Shown here one piece after another: positions 1 to 9,188 of a DNA stretch of 64,000 nt. Source of the stretch: Candidatus Sysuiplasma jiujiangense. GTDB taxonomy: Archaea; Thermoplasmatota; Thermoplasmata; Sysuiplasmatales; Sysuiplasmataceae. The notes under the pieces are model-generated. The model was given only the letters and a program-made list of their open reading frames with translations. It was not told the origin of the DNA and ran no database searches. The translations under genes were made by a program, and so were the position numbers. The DNA is taken from the NCBI GenBank assembly GCA_019721075.1, contig JAHEAD010000008.1, positions 1 to 64,000 of the forward strand, written 5' to 3'. The first letter of the stretch is position 1. The number at the start of each line of letters is the position of its first letter.

Positions 1-44
1 TTGTAATCTATGCCTTGTTCCCGCGCCCAATCCGCCAACTTCAT
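1..44 (-). mobile_element. tnpA: 5' end of IS607-family transposase TnpA (serine recombinase with N-terminal HTH), running off the window edge
   Basis: Minus strand from ATG at 44 reads MKLADWAREQGIDY..., resembling the typical IS607 TnpA N-terminus (MKLxxWAxxxGIxY). Only 14 codons are visible and it is not in the ORF track. Confidence 0.6.
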
Positions 45-130
45 TTGACCCTACATAAGCACATATGGTATTGAAGTTTCCTGCTGCTAATTACCCTTTC
101 AGCCGCCCCCGGCACACAGCTGAATCGGGT

Positions 131-397
131 TCAGTCGTCCTGTCCCGGAACTCTGTGCTCCCTGTAATGCTGAAAAATTTTATCATACTTGCCTTCCGCT
201 TCCCTGGTTCTTTCCTCAACCCATTTCTGGATATCTTCTTTTGATGTCTTCTTCAGGCAGTCGTCGCACCACCATCCGAGAATGTACAGATTGGATGTGT
301 GGAAAAACTTCCCCTTGGGGTGCTCGTCGTATTTAAGCTCGCCGCAGTTTACACATTTCTTCCTTATTTCGGTTCCCAATTGAGACCCTGTGTACAT
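131..397 (-). CDS. Small putative zinc-binding protein
   Basis: CVNC...CDDC pair followed by a charged helical tail; divergent from sdhA across an AT-rich spacer. Confidence 0.55.
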   Translation of the reverse strand: MYTGSQLGTEIRKKCVNCGELKYDEHPKGKFFHTSNLYILGWWCDDCLKKTSKEDIQKWVEERTREAEGKYDKIFQHYREHRVPGQDD

Positions 398-486
398 TGT
401 ATGAAATTAAGAATATTAATCTTTCTGAAAATGTTCAGCAGACAGGGCTGTCCCGGCCGGAATGAGATAAAGCGCACGCGGCGGCA

Positions 487-540
487 ATTAATAAATTAAT
501 ATAAAATAATATATTGTTATGTAATAAATAGATTTAAATT
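487..540 (+). promoter_or_regulatory. AT-rich promoter region of the sdh operon (TATA-like TTTAAA at 533-538)
   Basis: TTTAAA about 28 nt upstream of ATG 567 with no SD, consistent with a leaderless archaeal transcript. Confidence 0.5.
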
Positions 541-566
541 GTAGTCAAATATCATAAACCCTGCCG

Positions 567-2318
567 ATGGTCATGGAAATTCTTGATTATGATGTCATAA
601 TACTGGGTTCCGGCCTTGGAGGACTGACGAGTGCAATTCACGCGAGCCTTAAAAGTGGCAGGAAACTCAGAATAGCCATCATTACCAAATTGCACGCCAT
701 GCGCAGCCATTCGGTTTCAGCAGAGGGCGGCATTTCGGGCGTTCTGTATCCTGATCTGAACAGCGATTCCAAGGAGTTGCATGCTTACGACACGGTGAAG
801 GGTTCGGACTATCTCGCAGATCAGGATGCGGTGGAACTGCTGGTTGAAAGCGCACCGGGGGAAATCAGATTCTATGATCACATTGGAGTCGCCTGGAACA
901 GGGATGATGCAGGACACATACAGCAGAGGCCGTTCGGCGGAATGAGTATTCCCAGAACAGCATTTGCAGCAGACAAGACAGGTTTCTTCATGATGAGAGC
1001 GCTGTATGATGAGATTACAGGGTTTGAGAATGTGCATGTCTACCATGAACATTTTGCCACAAAGATGTTCATGGATGGAGGCAGATTTGCGGGGCTTTTC
1101 GCAATTGACCTTGCAACGACTAATTACAAGCTCTTCACCGCAAAAGCCTGTGTGATTGCAACCGGAGGATTCTCAAGAACATATCAATTTACTACTACGG
1201 CGCATTCAAGCACTGGTGACGGCATTGCTATTGCTTACAGGGCGGGACTCCCTCTCAAGGATATTGAATTTGTGCAGTTCCATCCGACAGCGCTGGTACC
1301 CAGCGGAATCCTCATTACTGAGGCCGCGAGGGGGGAAGGAGGCTACCTGAGGAATAACAGGAACGAGCGATTCATGGAAAAGTACGCTAAAAGCAAGATG
1401 GAACTGGCCCCAAGAGATATTGTCTCGCGCGCGATAGTCACCGAGATAAGAGAAGGAAGAGGCTTTGTCCATGAGGAGACAGGCCTGAAATACGTTCATC
1501 TTGATCTCACGCATCTTGACAGCAAACTTCTCGATGAGCGGTTGCCTATGATTCGGGAACTGGGAATAAAGATGCTCAACATTGATCCGCATCGCGAACC
1601 TCTTCCCATCAGACCAGCTGCACATTTCACAATGGGAGGGATACACACAAACACGCGCGGGGAAGTCATGGCTGAGATTTCAGGCAAAACGGCTGGCGGG
1701 CTATGGGCAGTTGGTGAGTGCGGATGCGTTAGCGTGCACGGATCCAACAGGTTGGGCAGCAATTCTCTGAGCCAGTGCTCGGTCTGGGGAAGATTGGCAG
1801 GAAATGCGATTCCTGAATATGTTAACAGTGCGGGCGGCGGCTACGACAGGAAGAAACTCATGGTGGAGGCGGAGGAGGAAGAGAGGAGGATCAACGGACT
1901 GATCGAAAGGAAGGGTAATGTGAATCCATACGAGCTCCAGACAAGACTTCAATCAACAATGGACGAACTCGTTTATGTTTACAGAAAAACATCGGATCTT
2001 CAGAAGGCGCTTGCAATAGTGAAGGAGTTGAGGAAACAGTATGCGGACATTTATGTTTCAGACAAGGGAAGGACGTTTAATGCAAATCTGAGAGATGCCC
2101 TCCAGATTGAGAATCTGATCGATCTCGCGGAAGTAATAATTGAGGGGGCGGTTCGCAGAAAGGAAAGCAGGGGAGCTCACGCAATGGAAGAATACCCGGA
2201 GAGGGACGATAAAAACTGGCTCAAACATACTATCGCATTCAGGACCAGGGACGGTGTGAGGATTGCGTATCTACCCGTGACGCTCACAAAATGGAAACCT
2301 GAAAAGAGGGTGTACTGA
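567..2318 (+). CDS. sdhA: Succinate dehydrogenase/fumarate reductase flavoprotein subunit
   Basis: GSGLGG FAD motif, RSHSVSAEGG (covalent-FAD His), QFHPT, TEAARGEGG, HFTMGG, HGSNRLGSNSL, ESRGAH. Confidence 0.95.
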   Translation: MVMEILDYDVIILGSGLGGLTSAIHASLKSGRKLRIAIITKLHAMRSHSVSAEGGISGVLYPDLNSDSKELHAYDTVKGSDYLADQDAVELLVESAPGEIRFYDHIGVAWNRDDAGHIQQRPFGGMSIPRTAFAADKTGFFMMRALYDEITGFENVHVYHEHFATKMFMDGGRFAGLFAIDLATTNYKLFTAKACVIATGGFSRTYQFTTTAHSSTGDGIAIAYRAGLPLKDIEFVQFHPTALVPSGILITEAARGEGGYLRNNRNERFMEKYAKSKMELAPRDIVSRAIVTEIREGRGFVHEETGLKYVHLDLTHLDSKLLDERLPMIRELGIKMLNIDPHREPLPIRPAAHFTMGGIHTNTRGEVMAEISGKTAGGLWAVGECGCVSVHGSNRLGSNSLSQCSVWGRLAGNAIPEYVNSAGGGYDRKKLMVEAEEEERRINGLIERKGNVNPYELQTRLQSTMDELVYVYRKTSDLQKALAIVKELRKQYADIYVSDKGRTFNANLRDALQIENLIDLAEVIIEGAVRRKESRGAHAMEEYPERDDKNWLKHTIAFRTRDGVRIAYLPVTLTKWKPEKRVY

Positions 2319-2319
2319 T

Positions 2320-2733
2320 ATGGCTGACGAAAAAAGGGTGTATGATCCGCGGGGGAAAATGGTCAGCCTGACAAGGCTCACGGCCTTTGACAGGGAAGCC
2401 TTCTACCATCTTCTTTCCTACAGGGCATTCATTATCTTTTCGATCATTACATTTATCTTTTTCATTCTGAGCCTTGCGATAGACTCTCTGACATCCGTGT
2501 GGAAGGCGCTGCTCGTCATTGTATGGCTTCTGATGACCTCGCAGGTATACGAGTCGGTGAAGGCCTTTGCGCTTGTCGGGAGCGGCGGCAGGGCCTTCGG
2601 CCACCTCAATGAGTCGTTCGTCAGCTCGATGATGAAGAAGGAGGAGGGGAGAAAATGGCTTGCAAAACTGCCTTACGCAGTGGTTGTGCTTTGGCTGCTG
2701 GGTTTTGTAATATTTGCTGCGGAGATGCTCTGA
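2320..2733 (+). CDS. Three-TM membrane protein, probable divergent SdhC-like anchor
   Basis: Three hydrophobic helices; lies between sdhA and sdhB, 1 nt after the sdhA stop. Confidence 0.7.
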   Translation: MADEKRVYDPRGKMVSLTRLTAFDREAFYHLLSYRAFIIFSIITFIFFILSLAIDSLTSVWKALLVIVWLLMTSQVYESVKAFALVGSGGRAFGHLNESFVSSMMKKEEGRKWLAKLPYAVVVLWLLGFVIFAAEML

Positions 2734-2746
2734 TGGAGGCGGCAAA

Positions 2747-3742
2747 ATGAGAAGATCCTGGGTTTCCATGGTGACCGTTTACGCCCCGATGCTTGGTGTG
2801 CCTCTCCTTCTCTACATCTACATGATCCTTAATTTATTTCATACAGGAATAGCGGCCAGGATAGTTCTCTCCCTGATTATGCTGGGTCTGATAATATTCG
2901 GAGTAATGAGTTTCAGGGACGTTTTCATAGAGAGGGAGAGACCTCCGAATTTCATAGATCTGAAAGATGGCACATCCGTCCGGAGCGCTTTCCGGGATAG
3001 TGCTGCGCCTGAAGGAACCAGACTCGTCGAATTTGATGTCAGGCGTTTTAATCCGGAGACCAGGGCACTTGACAGAGTAACATTCAGTACCAGGGTGCAC
3101 CGTTTTTCGACCGTTCTTGACGCACTTCTAGACATAAAGGAGAAACAGGACAACACGCTTTCCATGAGATATAGCTGCAGAATGGGGATCTGCGGCTCGT
3201 GTGCAATGGTGGTTAACGGAAAACCGGTGCTTGCATGCGAAACCAATGTAATGCAGATTGCCGGTGAGGGAAAGCTTGAAGTCTCACCGATGCTCGGCCA
3301 TCCTCTCCTGAAGGATCTTGTTACTGATTTTGACGATTTTTTTGCCAGGCACATAAGCATAAAACCCAGCATCGTCAGGAAGGACGAGCATGAAAAGTAC
3401 ACCGCGGAAAAGGAATACCCGCAGTCCAAGGATGAACTCAGCAGATATCTCCCATTCTCATACTGCATAATGTGCGGCCTTTGCGTGGATGCGTGCCCGG
3501 TGGTCAACACCAATCCCGGATTCATAGGGCCGCAGGCACTCGCGCAGGTGCAGAGATATTTTGCAGATTCCAGGGATGAACTTGGCAGCAAGAGGCTGGA
3601 AATGGTAGATAAACTCAAGGATGTCTGGGACTGCGAATTTGCAGGCGCCTGTTCTGTGGCATGCCCCAAGGGCGTTGATCCGGCATTTGCGATACAGCTG
3701 CTGAAGGCGGAGATCGTGAAGAATGATCTCTCAGGCAGATGA
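2747..3742 (+). CDS. sdhB: Succinate dehydrogenase Fe-S subunit with N-terminal two-TM extension
   Basis: SCRMGICGSC...LAC (2Fe-2S), CIMCGLCVDACP, CEFAGACSVACP; GGAGG SD before ATG 2747; about 60 hydrophobic N-terminal residues. Confidence 0.92.
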   Translation: MRRSWVSMVTVYAPMLGVPLLLYIYMILNLFHTGIAARIVLSLIMLGLIIFGVMSFRDVFIERERPPNFIDLKDGTSVRSAFRDSAAPEGTRLVEFDVRRFNPETRALDRVTFSTRVHRFSTVLDALLDIKEKQDNTLSMRYSCRMGICGSCAMVVNGKPVLACETNVMQIAGEGKLEVSPMLGHPLLKDLVTDFDDFFARHISIKPSIVRKDEHEKYTAEKEYPQSKDELSRYLPFSYCIMCGLCVDACPVVNTNPGFIGPQALAQVQRYFADSRDELGSKRLEMVDKLKDVWDCEFAGACSVACPKGVDPAFAIQLLKAEIVKNDLSGR

Positions 3743-4008
3743 TTACAGATCCATGATGAAAATTGCGTTCCCGGTGCTGTAGAACCTGCCTGCGGCGATC
3801 TGAACATCCACCGTTTGCGATGGCTGTGGCAATGTCCTGGAAAGCGTATACGGAGATAGCGCAGATACAAAATATGCTGGTGCAGAATTACTGCCTTCCT
3901 CCGCTGTAAAGGCGAGCCGGGACTAAAAATGAATAAGTGGAACTGCATTCACCGTCCGATCTGTCCGGCACATCATCAAGACAGTCGTCATGGAGAGGGA
4001 CAATCCAT

Positions 4009-5499
4009 ATGAAAGCGCTAATGGTTCAGGGAACATCTTCGGGCGCTGGAAAAACGACAGTTTGTACAGCCCTCTGCAGGATTTTTGCAGACATGGGATA
4101 CAGCGTTGCTCCATTCAAAGCGCTTAACATAAGTCTGAATTCATGCGTTGCATCGGATGGTGGCGAGATTGCCTCGGCACAGAGAGTTCAGGCAATTGCT
4201 GCGAAAACCGAACCGGTTTCGGAAATGAATCCGGTCCTGCTCAAGCCCGATTACGGAGGATGCCAGGTAATTATCTCAGGGAGGTATGCCGGCAGAATAG
4301 AAAGGGCCGGGAGTTTCTGCTGGAAACAGGAGAAGGCAAAGGAAGCCATCAGGAATTCCATAGACAGGCTTTCGACGTACGACATTGTTGTGATGGAAGG
4401 CTCCGGTTCTCCTGCTGAAATTAATCTTGCTGACAGAGACCTGGCCAATGCTTATGCTGCAGGAATCGCGGATGCCTCTGTCATGCTTGTTTCGGATATC
4501 GACAGGGGCGGAGCATTTGCCTCAGTTCTCGGCACGTGGGAACTGCTCGATGAGGACAGCCGCAGGAGGACATTCGGCTTCCTTTTCAACCGGATGAGAG
4601 GAAACGGCCGGATACTCAGAAAGGGCACAGTAAAGATAGAAAGCAGAACTGGAATGAATTACCTCGGTTCAGTCCCGTTCATGGAAGAGCTGTCACTGCC
4701 TGAGGAGGATTCTCTTTCACTGAAGGATAAGGGCACAGGAAGAGGAGATATCAGGATCAGTGCAATAAGGACGCCGTTTCTGAGCAATTACAGCGACTTT
4801 GCGCCTCTGATGTTCGAAAAAGGCATATCATTCAGGTTCGCAAACGACGTGGAGGACTGCAGAAGTTCAGATTTGATCATAGTGGGTGGGAGTAAAAACA
4901 GCTCTGAGGATCTTCAGTTCATCAAAAGGGAAGGGTTTGATTCCATGCTTTGGGACTGGCATGAAGATGCACGCCCTCTGTTTGCAATATGCGGCGGATA
5001 CCAGATGCTGTCCGGAGAGATAATTGACACCGGGCATATCGAATCGAAGCGCGACAGAACCTGTGGTGTAGGAATTTTCAACGCAAAAACCAAAATGTCG
5101 TCCGTAAAAATCACTTCAAATGTCGAGGGGGAGATCCTCAACCCAACCGGCATGCGGGCAGAAACGGTGAAGGGATACGAACTGCACTTCGGTGTAACTG
5201 AAACCCGGAACAGTAACAGATTCATCCGAATAAGGGAAAGAGACGGCAGGATTGACGGAGGCTTCGACGGCGAGATTGACGGATCGGCAACGGGAACATA
5301 TGTGCACGGACTCTTTTCCAACACTGGTTTTTTTCAGCGGGTGCTCGACTCAATATGCGAATCAAGGGGTATTGAAAAGATAGCTGTCAGTGGCGAAATT
5401 GAAGAAAAGGCGATAAAACGCATATCGCTTGCGGTGAAGAGATCTGTCAGCCTCGACGTTATCTTGAATGCGCTGGAGCTCAGGAGCAGGAAGCGCTGA
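4009..5499 (+). CDS. cobQ: Cobyric acid synthase
   Basis: MVQGTSSGAGKT, MNPVLLKP, EGSGSPAEINL, DIDRGG, ICGGYQML, GTYVHG; start refined to ATG 4009. Confidence 0.92.
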   Translation: MKALMVQGTSSGAGKTTVCTALCRIFADMGYSVAPFKALNISLNSCVASDGGEIASAQRVQAIAAKTEPVSEMNPVLLKPDYGGCQVIISGRYAGRIERAGSFCWKQEKAKEAIRNSIDRLSTYDIVVMEGSGSPAEINLADRDLANAYAAGIADASVMLVSDIDRGGAFASVLGTWELLDEDSRRRTFGFLFNRMRGNGRILRKGTVKIESRTGMNYLGSVPFMEELSLPEEDSLSLKDKGTGRGDIRISAIRTPFLSNYSDFAPLMFEKGISFRFANDVEDCRSSDLIIVGGSKNSSEDLQFIKREGFDSMLWDWHEDARPLFAICGGYQMLSGEIIDTGHIESKRDRTCGVGIFNAKTKMSSVKITSNVEGEILNPTGMRAETVKGYELHFGVTETRNSNRFIRIRERDGRIDGGFDGEIDGSATGTYVHGLFSNTGFFQRVLDSICESRGIEKIAVSGEIEEKAIKRISLAVKRSVSLDVILNALELRSRKR

Positions 5500-5685
5500 C
5501 TAGAATTTCATTTTGTGAGCCGAAAGTGCATGCTCCCTGGCCTCATCGAATGACTTGAACTGTGTATTGTCCGCGGGGCAGGAAAGATGTTTGACCGCAC
5601 CATGAAGAATCCATCCCTCGTGCCTTGCAAAAGGCTGACCGCAGATCCTGCATTCAAGTAGAACCAAGGTAACCCCATTGAGCAT
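5500..5685 (-). CDS. Small Cys/His zinc-finger-like protein
   Basis: CRIC...HLSC...F...EHALSAH pattern; fills the gap between argH and cobQ. Confidence 0.55.
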   Translation of the reverse strand: MLNGVTLVLLECRICGQPFARHEGWILHGAVKHLSCPADNTQFKSFDEAREHALSAHKMKF

Positions 5686-5723
5686 CTATTTTCAGTTTAA
5701 TCCTGTTTGTGTAACAAAATATG

Positions 5724-7148
5724 TCATGCAATTGAGCCGAGAAGCCTCTCCTCGGTTTGACGTTTTCTGGCAAGCTCACGATTGAGCCATTTTTTCCCCG
5801 AGGCAACCGCCGCATTGGCGGCGGTTATCTGCTCCCTTATACTTTTCAGGCTGCTGGCACCCCGCGAACTGCGCAGTTCAACCGATTCTGCCGCATCTTC
5901 AGGAATGCCGGCGGAAATTCCGTTTCGCCTCAGCGAGGTGCGGAAATCGCTTCCGCTCTCAACAGCCTCGAGGATAGCACGTCCCACTGCCTCGTGCGCT
6001 TCCCGGAAGGGCATGCCTGCACGCACCAGGCTGTCGACAACCTCAACAGAAAAGGAGAACTCGTCAGCTGCTGCACCTGCCATCCTCGCCCTCCTGGACC
6101 TGACAGCAAGCAGCAGCGGAGCAGTTACAGACAACATTGATGACACAGACTCGAACGATTCAAAAAGGGGTATCTTCACATGCTGCAGATCGCTCGCATA
6201 GCCCAGGGGGAGGGAATTGAGAATGAGCATTACATCGATGAGATTCGCAATCACATGCGATGAGCGCCCCCTTATGTGCTCAGCAATATCAGGATTTTTC
6301 TTGTGCGGCATTATGCTGCTGCCTGTCGAAAACTCGTCAGACAGTTCGATGAATGAAAACTCCGAGGTGCTCCAGAGAATTATCTCCTCCGCGATCGAGC
6401 TAAGGTGCTCAGCCACAACAGCATTGGAATAGCAGGCGTCGAGAACGAAATCTCTGTCCGAAGTCGCGTCAATCGAGTTCCTGAACGGTTCGCCGAAACC
6501 CAGAAGGGAAGAAGTATATCCGGAATCAATACCGTGTGTCGTCCCGGAAATCGCCCCCGCACCCAGAGGCGACACGCTGTTTCTCTGAAGATCCGCAACA
6601 ATTCTGTTGAAGTCTCTCCTGAGCTTTTCGAAATGGGCAAGCAGTAGATGGGAGAAATAAACAGGCTGCGCATGCTGCAGATGCGTGTATCCTGGTAGAA
6701 CTGTTGACACTTCCCTCCCTGCAATGGACAGCAGTGCTTTCTGAAGATCCAGGAGAAGAGCGCAAGTGTTCAATGATGCCTCCCGGACGAATAATCTCAG
6801 ATCCGTTGCAATCTGGTCGTTTCTGCTCCTCCCGGTATGCAACTTGAGGCCGGAACGGCAGAGGCCGGTCAATCTTCTCTCGACGGCCATATGGACATCT
6901 TCCTCACCTGAAAGGAAGTCTGACCGGTCTTTCAGATATTCCTGATAAATGGTTCGGAGACCGGAAACAATTTCATCTTTTTCCGTTCCGGAGAGTATGC
7001 CCGCCTTTTCAAGCGCCATCGCGTGCGCTATGCTCCCGAGAATATCATGCCTTACTATTTTTATATCTTCGGGAGAGCGGCTGAAGCTTTTTGCCCGGGG
7101 ATCAGGCTGTTTTCTGAATCTTCCGCTCCAGAGTTCTTTCCTTGACAT
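5724..7148 (-). CDS. argH: Argininosuccinate lyase
   Basis: LWSGRF, EDVH, HTGRSRNDQ, PGYTHLQHAQP, GSSIMPHKKNPD. Confidence 0.95.
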   Translation of the reverse strand: MSRKELWSGRFRKQPDPRAKSFSRSPEDIKIVRHDILGSIAHAMALEKAGILSGTEKDEIVSGLRTIYQEYLKDRSDFLSGEEDVHMAVERRLTGLCRSGLKLHTGRSRNDQIATDLRLFVREASLNTCALLLDLQKALLSIAGREVSTVLPGYTHLQHAQPVYFSHLLLAHFEKLRRDFNRIVADLQRNSVSPLGAGAISGTTHGIDSGYTSSLLGFGEPFRNSIDATSDRDFVLDACYSNAVVAEHLSSIAEEIILWSTSEFSFIELSDEFSTGSSIMPHKKNPDIAEHIRGRSSHVIANLIDVMLILNSLPLGYASDLQHVKIPLFESFESVSSMLSVTAPLLLAVRSRRARMAGAAADEFSFSVEVVDSLVRAGMPFREAHEAVGRAILEAVESGSDFRTSLRRNGISAGIPEDAAESVELRSSRGASSLKSIREQITAANAAVASGKKWLNRELARKRQTEERLLGSIA

Positions 7149-8373
7149 GAATGGATTCAAGCTCCCTTGCCGCTACACCTCTCATATGCAGGCCAGATAT
7201 GTAGATGAACCCTTCAGCAGCCTTCTGATTGAACGTATCCTTCCTGCCGTATGTTGACAGATCGTGGGAATATATTGAATTGGGAGAGATTGTGCCGCAT
7301 ACTGTTGACTGTCCTTTGTAGAGTCTGACCTTCACCTTTCCCGTGACATTCTGCTGTGTTTTGTCTATGAAATGACAAACCGATATCCTGAGGTCGCTGA
7401 ACCACATGCCGTTGTATACAAGTTCTGAAAACTTATTTTCCACAATGGGCTTGAAGAGAAGTGTATCCTTCGAAAGGACAAGGCTCTCCAGCGCCCTGTG
7501 TGCCTGAATTAAAACAGAGGCGGCAGGACATTCATAGTTTTCCCTTGACTTTATTCCCACATACCTGTCCTCGACATGGTCTATACGGCCTATGCCGTTT
7601 GCCCCCGCTACAGCATTGAGTTTCGCTGTAAGTTCGGCGATGCTCATCTCTTCCCCGTTGAGGGCGATCGGGAGACCGGAAGCAAATTCGATTTCCATAG
7701 TTGTCGGCTCGTCCGGCCAGTCCTCCGGGTGTGATGTCCAGTCGAATATCTCCTCCGGCGGGGATACCCATGGGTCCTCAAGTTCGCCCCCCTCGATGCT
7801 TCTTCCCCAGAGATTTTCATCGGTGCTGAACCTCGAAGCCTGCGATCTTTTCAGCCTGATGCCATTTTTTCTGGCAAATTCGATTTCATCCTCCCTGTTC
7901 ATCTCCCATTCCCTTATTGGTGCAATGACCTTCAAGGACGGGTCAAGGGCGAAAAATGTCAGCTCGAACCGTACCTGGTCATTGCCTTTGCCCGTACAGC
8001 CATGGGCAACATAGGAGGCACCGTACTTCTTTGCAACTGCGGCAACCTTTGATGCAATAAGCGGCCTGGCCAGAGCGGTCGAAAGTGGGTATTTCCCCTC
8101 ATAGAGTGCATTCGCCTTAATTGCGTGGGAGATGTATTCCTGAGCGAATTCGTCCTTCGCATCCACAATCATGGAACGAAGAGCGCCATTTTGTTCCGCC
8201 CTCGATGCAGCCTCGTCGAGATCTTCCCTCTGTCCTACGTCGACAGAAACAGTCACAACCTCCACGGCGTACCTGTCTCTTATCCACTTTATCGCCACAC
8301 TTGTGTCAAGTCCCCCGGAATAGGCAAGAACGGCGATTTTCTGTCCATTTCGCTCTGAAGTCACGTATGCCAT
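7102..8373 (-). CDS. argG: Argininosuccinate synthase
   Basis: LAYSGGLDTS, HGCTGKGNDQVRFE, DENLWGRSIEGG, GIKSRE; start taken at ATG 8373. Confidence 0.95.
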   Translation of the reverse strand: MAYVTSERNGQKIAVLAYSGGLDTSVAIKWIRDRYAVEVVTVSVDVGQREDLDEAASRAEQNGALRSMIVDAKDEFAQEYISHAIKANALYEGKYPLSTALARPLIASKVAAVAKKYGASYVAHGCTGKGNDQVRFELTFFALDPSLKVIAPIREWEMNREDEIEFARKNGIRLKRSQASRFSTDENLWGRSIEGGELEDPWVSPPEEIFDWTSHPEDWPDEPTTMEIEFASGLPIALNGEEMSIAELTAKLNAVAGANGIGRIDHVEDRYVGIKSRENYECPAASVLIQAHRALESLVLSKDTLLFKPIVENKFSELVYNGMWFSDLRISVCHFIDKTQQNVTGKVKVRLYKGQSTVCGTISPNSIYSHDLSTYGRKDTFNQKAAEGFIYISGLHMRGVAARELESIHVKERTLERKIQKTA

Positions 8374-8473
8374 GGGAGTGCCCATTGATACCGTGAAGTT
8401 AACAGTAATGTAGAGGCTCGGACTGTAAGGCGGCACATAAGTCTGAAAATCGACAAGACCTGCCCTCCGGCAT

Positions 8474-9124
8474 TCAGCTTACCAGGCGGCTCAGCACATT
8501 ATATGCCCTGACCATATCCTCTTCGGGAACAACAAACGTGGTTTCGGTGCTGCAGCTGACGACCTCAAGACAGTTTATTCCGACTTCTGCGAGCGCGGAG
8601 GAAAACCTGACCAGAACACCGGGTGTTTCAACAATCGACTCAGGGCTCTGTATGGTAATTTCACTGAGCCTGTTTCTGGTACTGACAACGAGGTCGGAAT
8701 CGAGTATGGCAAGTGTTTCGTCCATCATTTCTTCGCCGAGTATAATCGTAAGCACCCTGCTTCCCTGCTGAACAGTCAGTATGCTGTTGCTTCTCAGAAG
8801 GGTGTTTCCCTGAATTCTCTGAAGAGCCTGAAGTGTCCTGGGTTCGTTTCTTGCGCTGATTATGGATACTTTCGATTTGGTCATTACCCTGCTGTTCCTC
8901 ACAGTTGCTATTATCGCATTTTCCTTCGCTTTCTTTCCCTGGAGTTCCATCTGATATCTCCGGCAGGCAACCATCACAGCTTCTTCATTTTTCGCACCTG
9001 TTTCGTTCATTATTTTCCTGGCAAGTGCGGAGAAATTCACAATATCATATGACAGGCAGTCTATGACGCTCGGATGCTCGCTGATATATTCCCTTGTTAT
9101 TTCTGCGGATGACTTCTCTTGCAA
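8474..9124 (-). CDS. Archaeal ACT-domain protein with N-terminal helical domain, putative amino-acid-responsive regulator
   Basis: IVNFSALARKI HTH-like segment; C-terminal ACT-like ETPGVL...LAEVGINCLEVVSCSTE; probable TTG start at 9124. Confidence 0.75.
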   Translation of the reverse strand: MQEKSSAEITREYISEHPSVIDCLSYDIVNFSALARKIMNETGAKNEEAVMVACRRYQMELQGKKAKENAIIATVRNSRVMTKSKVSIISARNEPRTLQALQRIQGNTLLRSNSILTVQQGSRVLTIILGEEMMDETLAILDSDLVVSTRNRLSEITIQSPESIVETPGVLVRFSSALAEVGINCLEVVSCSTETTFVVPEEDMVRAYNVLSRLVS

Positions 9125-9188
9125 TTGAATCTCTATTTCGCATATTCTAATTGAAATAAAAATTAATCGGTTCACTTTTGCACGCAAA

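Noticed and set aside
2839..3948. 369-aa minus-strand ORF
   Set aside because: Antisense shadow of sdhB; Ser-rich with no motifs.
3743..4008. Cobalamin riboswitch upstream of cobQ
   Set aside because: No recognisable B12-box or conserved core seen by eye.
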